Positions 36,935 to 49,900 of a DNA stretch of 64,000 nt are shown here, one piece after another; the first letter of the stretch is position 1, and every line of letters starts with the position of its first letter. The notes below the pieces were generated by a model, which was given only the letters and a program-made list of their open reading frames with translations, was not told the DNA's origin and did not search any database. The stretch is from Mobula hypostoma (lineage: Eukaryota): the NCBI RefSeq assembly GCF_963921235.1, contig NC_086097.1:197720001-197784000 (forward strand), in the 5' to 3' direction. Made by a program: the position numbers and the translations under genes.

Positions 36935-37095
36935 GCTTAGAACATGGACTGTTCCATGTAACCAACAAAAAGGCTGCCATAGCTGGGACCCTTGTGAGTG
37001 CCCATGGCTACACCTTCAGTTTGAAGGAAGTGGGGGGAGCCAAAGGAGAAATTATTGAGAGGGATGACGAGTTCTACCAGATGGAGGAGAGTTTG
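36935..37095 (-). mobile_element. Penelope-like RT fragment
   Basis: LVELVIPLNNFSFGSPHFLQTEGVAMGTHKGPSYGSLFVGYMEQSMF matches the PLE RT Q..G.AMG motif. Confidence 0.8.
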
Positions 37096-37889
37096 TGATA
37101 AAGAATATAATGTTGCAGTTTTGGAGAAGTTGCAGTGCAGGCAAACAATAAGATGCATGGCCTTGATAGGTAGACTTTGAGGTCCAGAGTCCACCTTATC
37201 ATACAAGGTGTCCATTCAGTAGTTTCTTAAAGAATGGATCTCTTGCATGAAATGGTAGTCCAAAAAGCAGACAAGTGGATATTATACCATACTCCAATTT
37301 AACCTATTACTTTGAAGTCAAAAGAGGGACTACTTCTACAGATGTAAAGTGGAGAGTACCCTTACTGGATGCATCATGGCCTGGTATGAAAACACCAACG
37401 CCCAGGAATGGAAAAGACTGCAACAAGTGGTGAATACAGCCTAGTTCATCACAGGAAATGTGCTCCCCGACACTGAGCTCATTTATATCAAGCACTGCCA
37501 GAAAAGAAGCAGCATCCATCATCAAAGGTCCCCACCATCCAGGTCGTGCTCTCTTCTCACTGCACTGTACCTTCTTCCCAATGCCCTTCATTAGGTAGAA
37601 GATACAGAAGCCTTAGTTCCCGCACTATCTGCTTCAAAAACAGTTAGAACCATCTGGTTCCTGAACCTCTATGGATAACATTATTCACTTCAACTCAGTT
37701 GATTCCACAACCTTCAGACTTATTTTCAAGGACTTTTTACAACTCATGTTCTCAGTATTTTTTTCTTATTTACACAGTTTGTCTTCCTTTGCATATTTGT
37801 TGTTCATCAGACTGTACTTATAGTTTCTCATAAATTCTTTTGTATTTGTTTATGTTCCTGTAAATGCCTGCAAGAAAGTGAATGTCAAG

Positions 37890-39078
37890 CAATGTTCCCG
37901 CAAAAGTGTACGCATATTGGATTGTGCGCATAGAGGATTGACGAAGATTACAGAGAGACATTGTTAGGTTACAGAAGTGGACTGAGAAGTGGCAGATGGA
38001 GTTCAACCCGGAGAAGTGTGAGGTGGTACACTTTGGAAGGACAAACTCCAAGGCAGAGTACAAAGTAAATGGCAGGATACTTGGTAGTGTGGAGGAGCAG
38101 AGGGATCTCGGGGTACATGTCCACAGATCCCTGAAAGTTGCCTCACAGGTAGATAGGGTAGTTAAGAAAGCTTATGGGGTGTTAGCTTTCATAAGTTGAG
38201 GAATAGAGCTTAAGAGTCGTGGGGTAATGATGCAGCTCTATAAAACTCTGGTTAGGTCACAATTGGAGCATTGTGTCCAGTTCTGGTCGCCTCACTATAG
38301 GATGTGGAAGCATTGGAAAGGGTATAGAGGAGATTTACCAGGATGCTGCCTGGTTTAGAGAGTATGGATTATGATCAGAGTTTAAGGGAGCTAGGTCTTT
38401 ACTCTTTGGAGAGAAGAAGGATGAGAGGAGACATGATAGAGGTGTACAAGATAATAAGAGGAATAGATAGAGTGGATAGCCAGTGCCACTTCCCCAGGGA
38501 ACCACTGCTCAATACAAGGGGACATGGCTTTAAGGTAAGGGGTGGGAGGATCAAGGGGGATATTAGAGGAAGGTTTTTTACTCAGAGAGTGGTTGGTGCG
38601 TGGAATGCACTGCCTGAGTCAGTGGTGGAGGCAGATACACTCGTGAAGTTTAAGAGACTACTAGACAGGTATATGGAGGAGTTTAAGGTGGGGGATTATA
38701 TGGGAGGCAGGGTTTGAGGGTCGGCATAACAACGTGAGCCGAAGGGCCTGTACTATGCTGTACTATTCAATGTTCTATGTTCTATAAGCGTGTATGCATC
38801 TTTTGTTATAAGCGCACAAAGGAATTTAAACTGTACACAAAAGGTTGTCACCTGCTACCTCATTGGCATGTTAAGTTTATTTCACGATTGCACACAATCA
38901 CAGTTCCTTTTCCATTTTCTGGTGTGCATAGGGTTTGCGATGATTTATCTGCGGGTTTTAGAACTGGCTTATTTCTACAGTTTTTAATTGAAGAAATTAT
39001 TCAGTGTGCACATATTGTTGTCACTGGGCAAAAAATTACACAGATTTTTGCCCTGGCTGTTCATTAAAGGGAACATTG
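37890..39078. mobile_element. hAT-type MITE containing a nested CR1
   Basis: Perfect 10-bp TIRs caatgttccc / gggaacattg. Exact 8-bp TSD atgtcaag at 37882-37889 and 39079-39086. Confidence 0.88.
37932..38786 (+). mobile_element. 5'-truncated CR1 3' end
   Basis: ORFs 37996-38199 and 38343-38717. Tail (tgttcta)n. Closely similar to 57920-58284. Confidence 0.92.
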
Positions 39079-40309
39079 ATGTCAAGGTAGAATATGGTAA
39101 CATACACGTACTTCGATAATAAATTTTACTTTGACCATTGAAGGAGATTTTTTGAAGAATGTAACCATCTCAAAAACTGATGTAGAAGACACAGAGGCAA
39201 GATAATGAAGACACACTTAATTTGTATGTTTTCAATATTATCTCAAATAATACTGTGGGTATCTGATTGGACTGCCTAATGGCAAGGCCTCACATGGGTT
39301 TTCTGCAACCAGGGCAGGGATTCCAGCTTGTTAAATGGTATATTTGTTTATTATTGTCACATCTACCAAGACACAGTGAAAAGCTTGTACAGATTAAGTT
39401 GGTGTGCAGAGATCTGGCAAACAGAGATGTGGGAAAATGTGGAATTGACTATTTGGCAAGAGAAGTAAAAAAAATGTATATACGTAACTTATATAGTGAA
39501 ATGATGCACAACTCTGCGGTATAAAAAGACCAGAATGTTGCTGTGTATGTTTTACAAAAGACAAATTATGCAGGTCTTGCAAGTTATCAGAAAAGCTAAC
39601 AAAATGTTATCATTTATTTGGGGAATTCATGAGCAGCAAGTAGTATTCAAAACATCCAGCCTAATATTTTTTTTAGTTCAATTATTATATATTAACAAAA
39701 GTGTTGCCTTTCCAAGCAATAATGGTTATTTGTTGGCTCTGTATTTAAGAGTGCAAGTCTGCTATTTATTTTTCCAATATTACTTTGGTGCGACCCAAAC
39801 CCAAGTTGCATGTGAAAATTTTACTTGATAGTCAATTTTAATTATGATTTCTTGTACACAGATTTTCTCTCAAAATCTTGGCTTTTAATATAATTAGCTT
39901 TCTACACTGTGTGAGAATGCTCACTGAAAGGATTTCTGGAAACAAGAACTTGGTAAATTCACAGTTACAAAAGGAAAGAAGATAAATTTGTTGAAAAGCC
40001 ATTTTGTAGATTTTTTCTCCAAAAATAGCATCTAATTTATTGAGTCCGGTCTCATTGGTATATATTTATATCTGCAATCTCATTAGTATATTCTTGTAGT
40101 TAAAATTCAGTACATTCTGCTAGAAATGCAGATTAACCTTCTTTAATATTACAATGCACGGTAATACATTTACTGATTCTTTTGCTGAATTATAATACAA
40201 CAGGAAGCTTTATACGCAGAGGATCAAAGAAATTGTTCTGTCAATTTAGCTCCAAAACTGTCAAAATCTGAGCATTATAATATTGCATCATTGGTAATTG
40301 TCTTATTGT

Positions 40310-41370
40310 CGGACATACTACGTTACAATGAAAAATTTGATTTTGTATGTCTTGCATACAGATCATTTCAAAGCATATGTGCATCAAACTAGTATATAGG
40401 AGAAAGCAATAATAAAATGCACAGTATAGTCTTACAGTTACAGAGGAAGTACAGTGCAAGTAAATAAGTAGTAAGTAGATAAGCATCCAAAGCATCTTCG
40501 AAGAGCGGTGCCTCAGAAAGGCTGAATCCATCATTAATGACCCCGCCACCCAGGACATATTCTCTTAGAAACATAGAAAACCTACAGCACAGTACAGGCC
40601 CTTCGGCCCAGAAAGTTGTGCTGAACATGTCCCTACCTTAGAAATTACTAGGGTTACCCATAGCCTATTTTTCTAAGCTCCATGTACCTTTCCAAAAGTC
40701 TCTTAAAAGACCCTCTCACATCCGCCCCCACCACTGTTCCCGGCAGCCCATTCCACGCACTTTTCATTGTTACCATCAGGAAGGAGGTACAGAAGCCTGA
40801 AGACACACACTCAGTGATTCAGGGACAGCTTCTTCCCCTTTGCCATCCGATTTCTAAGTGGACATTGAACCCATGAACACTGCCTCACAATTTAAAATTT
40901 ATTTCTCTCTTATATTAAACCTGATTCTGATTAAATTGCCAGGGTTATGATAAGGTAGATTGAGAAATCAAGAGCTCATCTTTATCATAAAAGAGCTCTG
41001 TTCAAGATTCTTCTAACAGTGCAATAAAACCTGTCTTTGAGCCTGGTCATGTATGTTTCAAACTTTTATATCTTTGGCCTGATGGAATGTGGAGAAGAGA
41101 GAATGAATAGGTTGGAAGTTGTCTTTGACTGCTTATGTTGGCTGCTTTCCGAAGGCAGTGGGTACTGTAGATAAAGGCAGTGAAGGGAGACTAGTTTACA
41201 TGACGGACAGAGTTGTGTCCACAACTTTCTGCAATTTCTTGTAGTTTTGAAGAGAGTAATTGCTATACTACAATGTATATGCTTTCTGTAGTGCCTCTAA
41301 CAAAACTTGGTGAGGGTCAACAGGTTCATGCCAAATTTCTGAGGAATTGGAGGCACAGGTGACCCTTCCT
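40310..41370. mobile_element. Cluster of Rex1/Babar 3' fragments on both strands, with a nested CR1 3' end (40567-40760, minus)
   Basis: AESIINDP.HPG and LPSGRRYRSL-type text. A CR1 tail (tagaaacatagaaaacc) starts at 40566. Confidence 0.65.
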
Positions 41371-41682
41371 TATTTCTTTTGAAGAACAACCAAGTGTCTA
41401 TTCTTCAGGTTGTTATATACCTGCATTTCTTCTCCCTTCTGTATTTATCCAATTTGCAAAAAATGATATAATAAAAATGTATTCATCGTCCAATCGGTCT
41501 GTATGTTTTACATATTCTCAGTGCTGCTGAGAATTTGAAAAAGCCACCAACATTCAGGAAGAAGAGAGAAAGGCAGCAGACCTTAGGTGTTAAACCTATG
41601 AGTTTTTTCAAAGATTCATATGGTTGTGATAATAATAGATACACTTCCCTGCTGTCGGCCACAGGGAAAGTCAAGGCAAGAA

Positions 41683-44289
41683 TCTATCTATATACTACTA
41701 AACTTCTCATGCTCTTTTTTTCTGTTTGTGACCTCCAATTAGCCCAAACGGTGCATTACAGCAGCACTTTTTTTGACTAAATGGACTTAAAATACACTAA
41801 CTTACAGAATGCATGCAAAGGTCAGGGTTATATTAGTTTAAAATTGCTCACTCGTCAATAGGCCCCGCTTTCCACACCCGATTTCAGCTTCCATGGAAAC
41901 CGCGACACATGCGCACGGCCAGCCTCAGCAGCACCTCACGATGCTCACAGCAGTGACACCAACCGCAGCAAAAGGGCAGGGCAGCTCTATTTTGAGCGGT
42001 CACATTCTGCTAATCACCATCAGCATGTGCAGAATTGGGACAGATCAAACTACGATCTATCAATAAGAGATAATTAAATCATATTGTATTGAAGTACTTA
42101 GGAACACCCTGTTCCCAGATTCTACACTTGGACTAATAAGAGATGGGAAAGAAGGAGAATGGGGAAAAGAGTGGAGGACTGCTCCGGGATTTCTGAAGCA
42201 AATGTTCTGGGTCGAGTGTATAATGTTTCTCCACGAAATGGTGACCTCTACTATTTGAGACTTCTTCATCACATAAAGGGGCCAGTATCTTTCAAATCAT
42301 TGAAAACACATGATGGAGATGTCCTTCCATCATTCAAAGACGTCTGCAGAGAGAGAGGATTGTTGCGAGCTGAAGATCATTGGCAGCAAACTATGGAAGA
42401 GGCAGAGAGAACAAGAATGCACAGAGCAGTGAGAGGTTTGTTTGTCGTGTTGCTAACAAACACTGAAACAATCCACAGCAATTATGGAACCTGTTCAAGA
42501 ATGCAATGTCTGAAGATTTCTTACAATTGGAGAGGAGAACTATCAATGATCCTAACATCATGATCGATGAGAGGCATCATGGACAAGCTCTTTTGCATCT
42601 CCAAGAGAAACTTGAGAACTTGGGCAAAACACTCGAAGAATATAACTTGCCGACACCAAGAAACGGTACAATTACTCAAAGTGCTGGCAATGTGGAATTT
42701 TTGCGTGAACTGCAGTACAACAGAGACAAGCAGCAGGAATTTGTTTCACAGAAGGAGCCCCTATTGAATAATCAGCAAAGAGAGTTATATGAATATGTGT
42801 GCGACTGCTTGGAAAGGAATCTCTCCTCAATGATTTTCATTGATGCACCAGGAGGAACGGGCAAGACATTTATCATCAACTTGATCCTCGCTAAAGTTAG
42901 GGGAGATGGAGGTGTTGCTATTGCTGTAGCATCATCCGGTATTCCAGCAACATTGATGCCTGGTGGTAGGACAGCACATTCAAGATTCAAGATACCCCTC
43001 AAAGTCAATGAAGATGCCTTTTGTAACATCGATAAAAACACCAATACTGCTAATTTACTCCGAAATGCGAGGCTTATTGTCTGGGATGAGTGCCCCATGA
43101 TTAGGAGGGAGAGCTTCAATGCCATGGACCTGACTCTTCGTGATGTATATGGCAAGAATGAGGCCTTCGGGGGTATTTTAACCATTTGCTGTGGCATTTT
43201 CCATCAGCTTCTAGCAGTTGTGAAACGAGGAAATGATGCTGATGTGGAGAATTCACGCATAAAAAAATCCTACTTTTGGGGAAGCTTCATCAAGTTTCAA
43301 TTGAAGAGAAACATGCGATTGAGTGAGGGAGAAGGACGGTATTCTGAGTTCCTATTGGATGTTGGAGAAGACAAGATTGAGAAAAATGAAAACGATGAAA
43401 TCGAATTACCTGAAGATATGACTGCTAGCAAAAAGTATGGAAGAATGTATTGATTTCATCTACCCGACATTCAACAATCCTGCAGAACTGTTCTCGAGGA
43501 ATTCTATCTTGGTTCCTCTTAATGAAATGATGCAAAAAATAAACTTCACATGCATTAGACGCTTCCCTGGAATCATGAAAGAATACTGTTCCTTCAATGC
43601 CGTAAGCAAAGGAGCTAACATCACTCATTTTCCAACAGAATTCCTTGATTCGGTCGAACTCTGAATTGTCACCACATAAACTGGAATTGAAGATGGGATC
43701 TCCCATCATTTTAATAAGGCACTTGAATCCACCAAGGCTTTGCAATGGAATGCAAATGATGGTAGAAGAACTGCACGGCAATCTCATTGTAGCAAAGATA
43801 AACATTGGTACATTCAAAAATGACTTTGTCATGATCCCCAGAATTACTCTCAGTTTATCAGAAGGGGAAGATGTCCCTCTTCAGCGGAGCCAGTTCCCAA
43901 TACAGTCATGCTTTGCTATGACTATACGTAAGGCGCAAGGCCAAACCATGGAGAATGTGCAGATTTTTCTGGAGAAACCGGTATTCCAGTATGGTCAGCT
44001 GTATGTGGCTTTAAGCCGGGGGGAAAGAAATGAAAGCATTAGAGTATTCTTGAAGGGTGGCAGATCAATCAGAAATGCTGTCATCAAAAGTGTCCTTTGT
44101 TAAATGAGGAGGAGCTATATTTGTCTTGCTACGCATCTTTCTTCTTTAATAAACTGAGTTTCTCTTCTTTAATTTCCAAAGCAAAGAGATAGCAATAGCA
44201 TTCAGGGAAATTTAATGTTCATTCTGGTCACATCAGACTGCACTACCTTTCTCTCAAAGGGTGCCCCAACAGGTCACCCGGTTGTCTAG
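41683..44289 (+). mobile_element. Helitron, internally deleted, both termini intact
   Basis: 5' end A|TCtatctatatact at 41683. 3' hairpin gggtgcccc-aac-aggtcaccc (44259-44279) followed by CTAG|T (44286-44290). Inserted between A and T with no TSD. Confidence 0.9.
42159..44103 (+). pseudogene. Helitron RepHel C-terminal half (PIF1-like SF1B helicase), frameshifted
   Basis: YYLRLLHHIKGPVSF, DAPGGTGKT, GGRTAHSRFKIP, IVWDECPM, LCNG, QFPIQSCFAMTIRKAQGQT and GQLYVALSR, spread over four ORFs. Confidence 0.92.
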
Positions 44290-44699
44290 TCCTCTCTAAC
44301 CATTGCCTCTCAGCTGTGAACAATTATCAGGGCTGCATGAAGAGAAATCCACAAAAAATATAGGATGTAAGATGAATTTACATGTATCTGCACAGAAGTA
44401 TTTAGCTCCATTAATGGAAATGGATTATGGAGGATCCTTAGATTTGGCTTTCCTCAAAAAAAATCTTTACATTCCTTTATCTGCACTGCAGTGACGTACA
44501 GGCTGTAAACCTCATCAACAGACCCACCATAGACTTATTCTCAGTACAAGTGGGTGAAGCCATGCTGTGTCATTGTATGATCACTCTGCTCAGTCTTCCT
44601 CTCTGCACTGCTCTGTGTTATCTCCATCAACGCTGGGAGTGGCATAACTGCATAGGATGAGGAAGAAGTTATTCAATTTTTGTTGCCACCCTTTCAGAA

Positions 44700-45010
44700 T
44701 CAGATCACTTCAATTGATTTACAGTATGTAGACTACTAAAAATAGTCTGGAAAATAGGCTTCAAGCCATCAGGTTCCAGAACTATTCAAAAAAAAACACC
44801 CTAATACTACCTCAGACTATATTTCTTTTGTTTTCCCTCAACTTGCACTAATGTTGTTATATTCATTTTAGTTTATTTTGTCTCATAAATTAAGTATAAC
44901 TTAGGTTAATTTATGTCTCTGTTAACTTACGTTATAATGTTCCTTCTCCGTAAAACGGACTTGCATGGTATTTATACCCGCGTGTTTATATATGTGAATA
45001 TTAATTTGTT
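44700..45010 (+). mobile_element. Rex1/Babar-like 3' tail remnant
   Basis: Decayed aataggcttcaagccatcagg text followed by a T-rich UTR. Confidence 0.4.
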
Positions 45011-45049
45011 CATTGAAATCTACAAGAGGATGGACATAAAGACAAATAT

Positions 45050-45345
45050 GCAGAAGGCAAGACCCGTTCATCTGTCTGCCTCTGCCAAACAGGCCACTTG
45101 ATGGCATTAACATGGCCTGCATCCCGTTTCTTTGGAGCTTCCACAGTCTTTGACAAACCAAGGAAGAATATTTTCAAGATCTAAGACTAGCAAAAGCTCA
45201 TAGTTTACTCAGCAGCTTTGAATCCATAGGTTTCAAGGATTACACAATTTACAGGAGCCATTTAAAAACACTGGAGAAATATCATCAACGCTCTTTCTAC
45301 AGAATTCTCAGATTCAATACCAGTGCTCTCTCTTAGTCTAATATC
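45050..45345 (+). mobile_element. RTE-clade LINE fragment
   Basis: Decayed KLIVY.AA...TIYRSHLKTLEKYHQRSFYRILRF text. Confidence 0.55.
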
Positions 45346-45449
45346 AGGGTTTCAACTATATTTAGCCATTTCTGATGAGCAAAACATATTGTTCCACATG
45401 CCGGATCCTGTAAAAATACTGCACATTGCAACGGAAAGTGATTTCTCAG

Positions 45450-46415
45450 AGGTCAGGGAATACCACCGAGGATGTTGGTCTTGGGACTGCTTCTTTTTGC
45501 ATTACATGTTCATGATTTGGATGATGGAATTGATGGCTTTGTGGCCAGGTTTGTGGGTGATGCAAAGATAGCTGGAGGAGTAGATAGTGTTGAGGAAGTG
45601 GGAATCTGTAGGATGACTTAGACACATTGGGAGAATAGGCAAAGAAGTGGCTGATGGAATACAATGTAGGGAAGGTCTGGTCATGCAACGGGGAGAAAAT
45701 TCAAAAATCAGAGGTACAAAGAGACTTGGGAGTTCTCATGCAGGATTCTATTAAGGTCATCTTGCTGATTAAGCCGGGAGTAATGAAGGCAAATTCTATT
45801 TTATCATTCATTTTGAGAGAGTATAAAAGCAAGTGTGTAATGCTGAGTCTTTATAAGACATTGTTCAGACTGCACTTGGAGTATTGTGAGCAGTTATGAG
45901 GCCCTTACCTAGGAAAAAATTTGCTGGCATTGGAGTGAGTCCAGAGGATGTACATGAGAATTATTCGGAGAATGGAAAGGTTAACATTGAGGAGATGGTT
46001 CTGGGTGTATAGAGTGTAGAAGTTTAAGGGGATCTCATTGAAACCTGCTGAAGGTTGAAAGGTAGAGAGGATATGGAGAAGATGTTTCTTGTTGTAGGGG
46101 AGTCCAGGATCAAAGGGCACAGCCTCAGAATAGAGGGATGTCCACTTAGAACAAAGATGAGGAGGAGTTTCTTTAGCCAGAAGGTGGTGAATTTCTGGAA
46201 TTCATTGCCACTATAGACTCTGGAGGCCAAATCATTGGGTGTATTTACAGCAGAAGTTGATGGATTCTTGATTAGTCAGGGCATCAAGGGTTATGGAGAG
46301 AAGGCAGGAGAATGGGGTTGAAAGGGATAATAAATATACCAGGATGGAATGGCAGAGCAGATATAATGGGTCGAATGGCCTAATTTTGCTCTTATGCCTT
46401 ATGGTCTTATGTCCT
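45450..46415 (+). mobile_element. Old CR1 3' part
   Basis: FVGDAKIAG, MEYNVGK, RLHLEYCEQL and a (cttatg)-type tail. Confidence 0.85.
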
Positions 46416-48072
46416 TGAACACTCCATGAATAAATATAACACCCTTTTAGTGACTTTGAGTATTCTAGACACAATACTATTGAAAGAGGTGGAGAACTCA
46501 GAATGACCCCAAGTATTTTCATTTTTCATATGAACGTTAAGAGCAAACCTGTATAAAGGGCACATAAAATACAAACCACGCACCACCTGAGTTTAGCCCA
46601 ACCTACCCTACCCTTGATAGAATTTGCAGAAGTTACATAGGCTTATCACTAAGCTCACAATCTACAGAGTTTAAAAGGATGTAGGTTATCCTTGATCCTC
46701 AAGTAGAGTCTGGCACTGGTGGTACCTTTAAAAATGATCTGGATGAGACGGAACCATCGGGACTCTGAAACATGTGTTGAAAAGTGAGATTAACCTCAAG
46801 TCCTTTTTTTAATAATCTAGTCACCTTTTGTAATGAATGATTCTGTGCTTCAAAACATTTTGCTAATCCACATCCTTGGTTCTATCCCAAATCATAAACC
46901 TGATTATCAACTTTGGAACTATTCAAAACAATTCTAATCACATGTCTTAATCTCTTGATTTTTCTTGCTTGAAGAATGATTCATGAATTGTAAACTAAGG
47001 CTTCCTTATTTTTGAAGATTTTACTCTTTTTAAAGAAATTGATCTATGTGGACTATTGAAAATAGAACCCTTATCATTTTTATGCTTTTAAAAAGCATTG
47101 CGTAAAACATAATTTGAAAATTTCCTAAAATAGCACCTTTGGAACTACTGAAATGAAATGTGCTATTTGTAGAACCAATATCTATTATTAAATCAGTTTG
47201 CTAAGCTGACAGATCATCTACATGAATAGTGTGTGTATAGTATATATGTAGGGTGTTAACAGTTCAGTGTACTGACTAATACTAACTCAATTCAAATACA
47301 GGCAATATTTTTGAACCAAAGTAAGACAGGAAGTCAGTAAACCAAGATTTTAAATTTAAATGGTACATGAAATCTTGAAAATAACCATTAGAAGTCTATT
47401 GTGAGCATGAGATCACCAGCCAAATGCTCAGTAAAAAGCCACAGTATCTCGGCACACCAAAGGTACACAGGAAAATTTGGAATCTCATGCACATATGCTC
47501 CCAGGCTGGTGCATAATTTAAAGTAAGCCAAAATAGCAGTATTTGGGCATAATGGTTACTGGTCTAAATTCAGCATATGTAAATGTTCTTCCTTTTTTAG
47601 AAATGCTTATTGATTTGCCAAAATGTTACTGAGCATTTGTCATGAGATTTTTTTTCAATAGGGCTTGCTCAAAGAGTTCTTCAGCTTTTTTTCCTTGAAA
47701 TAAAAGAGTGTACTAAGACCTGCACTGACTTTTCAGTTTCTTTCAATGCTTTTATTATGTTACAAGTTTGTTAATAATTGAATAGAATTTTAAATAAAGG
47801 AGGAGAAACTTTTGAGAAAAGTAGTGTAGTGAGCATGTTTTGGACTGGAAAAGAAGCTTCAAATATGTCTAAAATCCTTCTGTCTCTTGTTGTTATGCAG
47901 ATAACATTAAGACTAATGTACACATTAACACTTTTTATTAATATGCCATGTTCTGAATTGTTAGTTCCTTCCTAATGAGGAGGATTTATCATATCACTGT
48001 ACTGCATGATATAGCAATTGGCATTGACTCTCAGTGCAGGAACAAATAGATCTAGAAAAAAGTACAGATGAT

Positions 48073-48270
48073 ACACACACAAAATGCTGGAGGAACTCAA
48101 CAGGCCAGGCATTATCTATGGAAAAGAGTACAGTCGATGTTTTGGGCCTAGGCTCTTCATCAGGAAGGGTCTCGGCCCAAAACATCGCCTGTACTCTTTT
48201 CTATAGATGCTGCCTGGCCTGCTGAGTTCCTCCAGCATTTTTGTGTGTTGCTTGGATTTCTAGCATGTGT
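48073..48270. mobile_element. Miniature fold-back PLE derivative (inverted termini with degenerate hammerhead)
   Basis: ~48075-48150 and ~48168-48248 are imperfect inverted repeats of the PLE terminus. The minus strand at 48131-48165 reads tcctgatga-agagcctaggccc-aaaa-catc-gactg. Confidence 0.85.
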
Positions 48271-48271
48271 A

Positions 48272-49025
48272 AATTGAATTGAAGTAAATTGAACTGAATT
48301 GACTTTATTTCTTACATCCTTCACATACATGAGGAGTAAAAATCTTAATGTTACATCTCCATCTAAATGTGCAATGTTCAATTTATAGTAATTTGTAATA
48401 GATAGTATGTACAATAGGACAGTCAATATAGCATAGAAATACAATTGGATCAGCGTGAATTAATCAGTCTGATGGCATGGTGGAAGAAGCTGTCCTGGAA
48501 CCTGTTAGTTCTGGCTTTAATGCTGTGGTATCATTTACGTTTGGTAGCAACTGGAACAGTTTATGGTTGAGTGACTCCAATGATCCTTCGGGCCCTTTTT
48601 ATGCACCTGTTTCTGTAAATGTCCTGATTAGTGAGAAGTTCACATCTACAGATACAATGGACTTTCTGCACCACTCTTCTGCAAGTTCCTGCAATTGAAG
48701 GAAGTATAGTTCCCACACTGGGCAGTGATGCAGTCAGTCAGGATGCTCAAAATTATGCCGCTGTAGAAAGTCCTTAGCATTTGGAGGCTCATGCCAAGCT
48801 TCTTCAACTGTCTGAGGTGAAAGAGGTGCTGTTGTGCTTTTTTCAGCACACAGCCAGTAAGTACAGACCATGTGAGATCCACTGTGATGTGTATGCAGAG
48901 GAACTTAAAACTGTTCACCCTCTCAACCGCAGATACATTGATGTCCATAGGGGTTAGCCTGTCGCCATTCCTCCTGTAAGCCACAACCAACTCCTTTGTT
49001 TTTGCGACATTGAGGGAAAGTTGCA
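48272..49025 (-). mobile_element. Rex1/Babar-clade LINE 3' part
   Basis: ORF 48646-49026 reads LNVAKTKELVV...KKAQQHLFHLRQLKKLG. Confidence 0.88.
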
Positions 49026-49030
49026 TTTAA

Positions 49031-49545
49031 AAGCTGATTTATACTTGTGTGTCAACTCGACTCCGTAACCTACGCAAGTGGCCGATGCGCATTATGAGCA
49101 TTTATACTTGTGCGTTGGTGTGTTTGTGTCGCTCTGAAATTCGGGCACGTCGCGTATGCACACACACCTGGCCGCGCAAGGCTTCATGATCGTGGTAGTC
49201 TTTCTCGGGGTAAACAAGTTTAAAGCGAGCATCTTTTTTTGTAAAAACGAAATGTGTCCTCCATAATTTCGGAGGTCTGTAAAGCTTTATGGAAAGCATT
49301 GCAGCCAGAGTTCCTTCCCTGCCCTTCAGTCGCCCAATGGGAAGCTATTGCAGCGTAGGAGGAAATGCGATGCTACCAAGCGGACCAATCACAGTTGTTG
49401 TGGTCTGCGTTGCTGCGACACGTAGTTACATTTTGGGAGAGGTGCGCGTCAGGCTACGGTGTAGGGATCCACATAGGCTGTGCATAGGGTTCGCCGCAAC
49501 GCCGTACCTATGGCATCGAGTTGACGCACAAGTATAAATCAGCCT
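49031..49545. mobile_element. PIF/Harbinger-type MITE
   Basis: 30-bp TIRs at 49031-49060 and 49516-49545 with 2 mismatches. TAA TSD at 49028-49030 and 49546-49548. CpG-rich interior. Confidence 0.85.
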
Positions 49546-49548
49546 TAA

Positions 49549-49900
49549 GGCAAAGGATGGGATTAAAGAGGCCCTTTTCTGGTTGGCTGTCAGTGATTAG
49601 TGGTATTTCGCATTCATTTCCACAGGACTAGACGTAATACTGAGGCTTTATAAGGCATTGGTCAGACTGCTTTTGAAGCGTTGCAAGCAGTTTTTGGTCC
49701 CATATCTAAGAAAGGAAGTACTCCAGAGAAAGTTTATGAGAAGTTAAAGAGTTAATGTATGAGAAGCATTTGATGACTCTGATCCTGTAATTAATGGAGT
49801 TTAGAAAAATGAAGGATCTCATTGCAACGTTCTGAATATTGGAAGGCCTGGATGATGGGTAACGTGGCCTTATTCTGCTCCTGTGTCTTATGGTCACTAA
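49549..49900 (+). mobile_element. Heavily deleted CR1 fragment
   Basis: Decayed FSGWLSVISG and LYKALVR text, followed by a 3' tail. Confidence 0.6.

Larger units (their letters stand above)
37310..39142 (+). mobile_element. Rex1/Babar-clade LINE 3' part, interrupted by a hAT MITE
   Basis: ESTLTGCIMAWYEN...KRLQQVV and SIIKGPHHPG. The 3' UTR resumes at 39087 after the MITE. Confidence 0.75.

Noticed and set aside
42506..44103. Cellular PIF1 helicase gene
   Set aside because: It is intronless, frameshifted, preceded by Helitron-specific YYLRLL text and bounded by Helitron termini.
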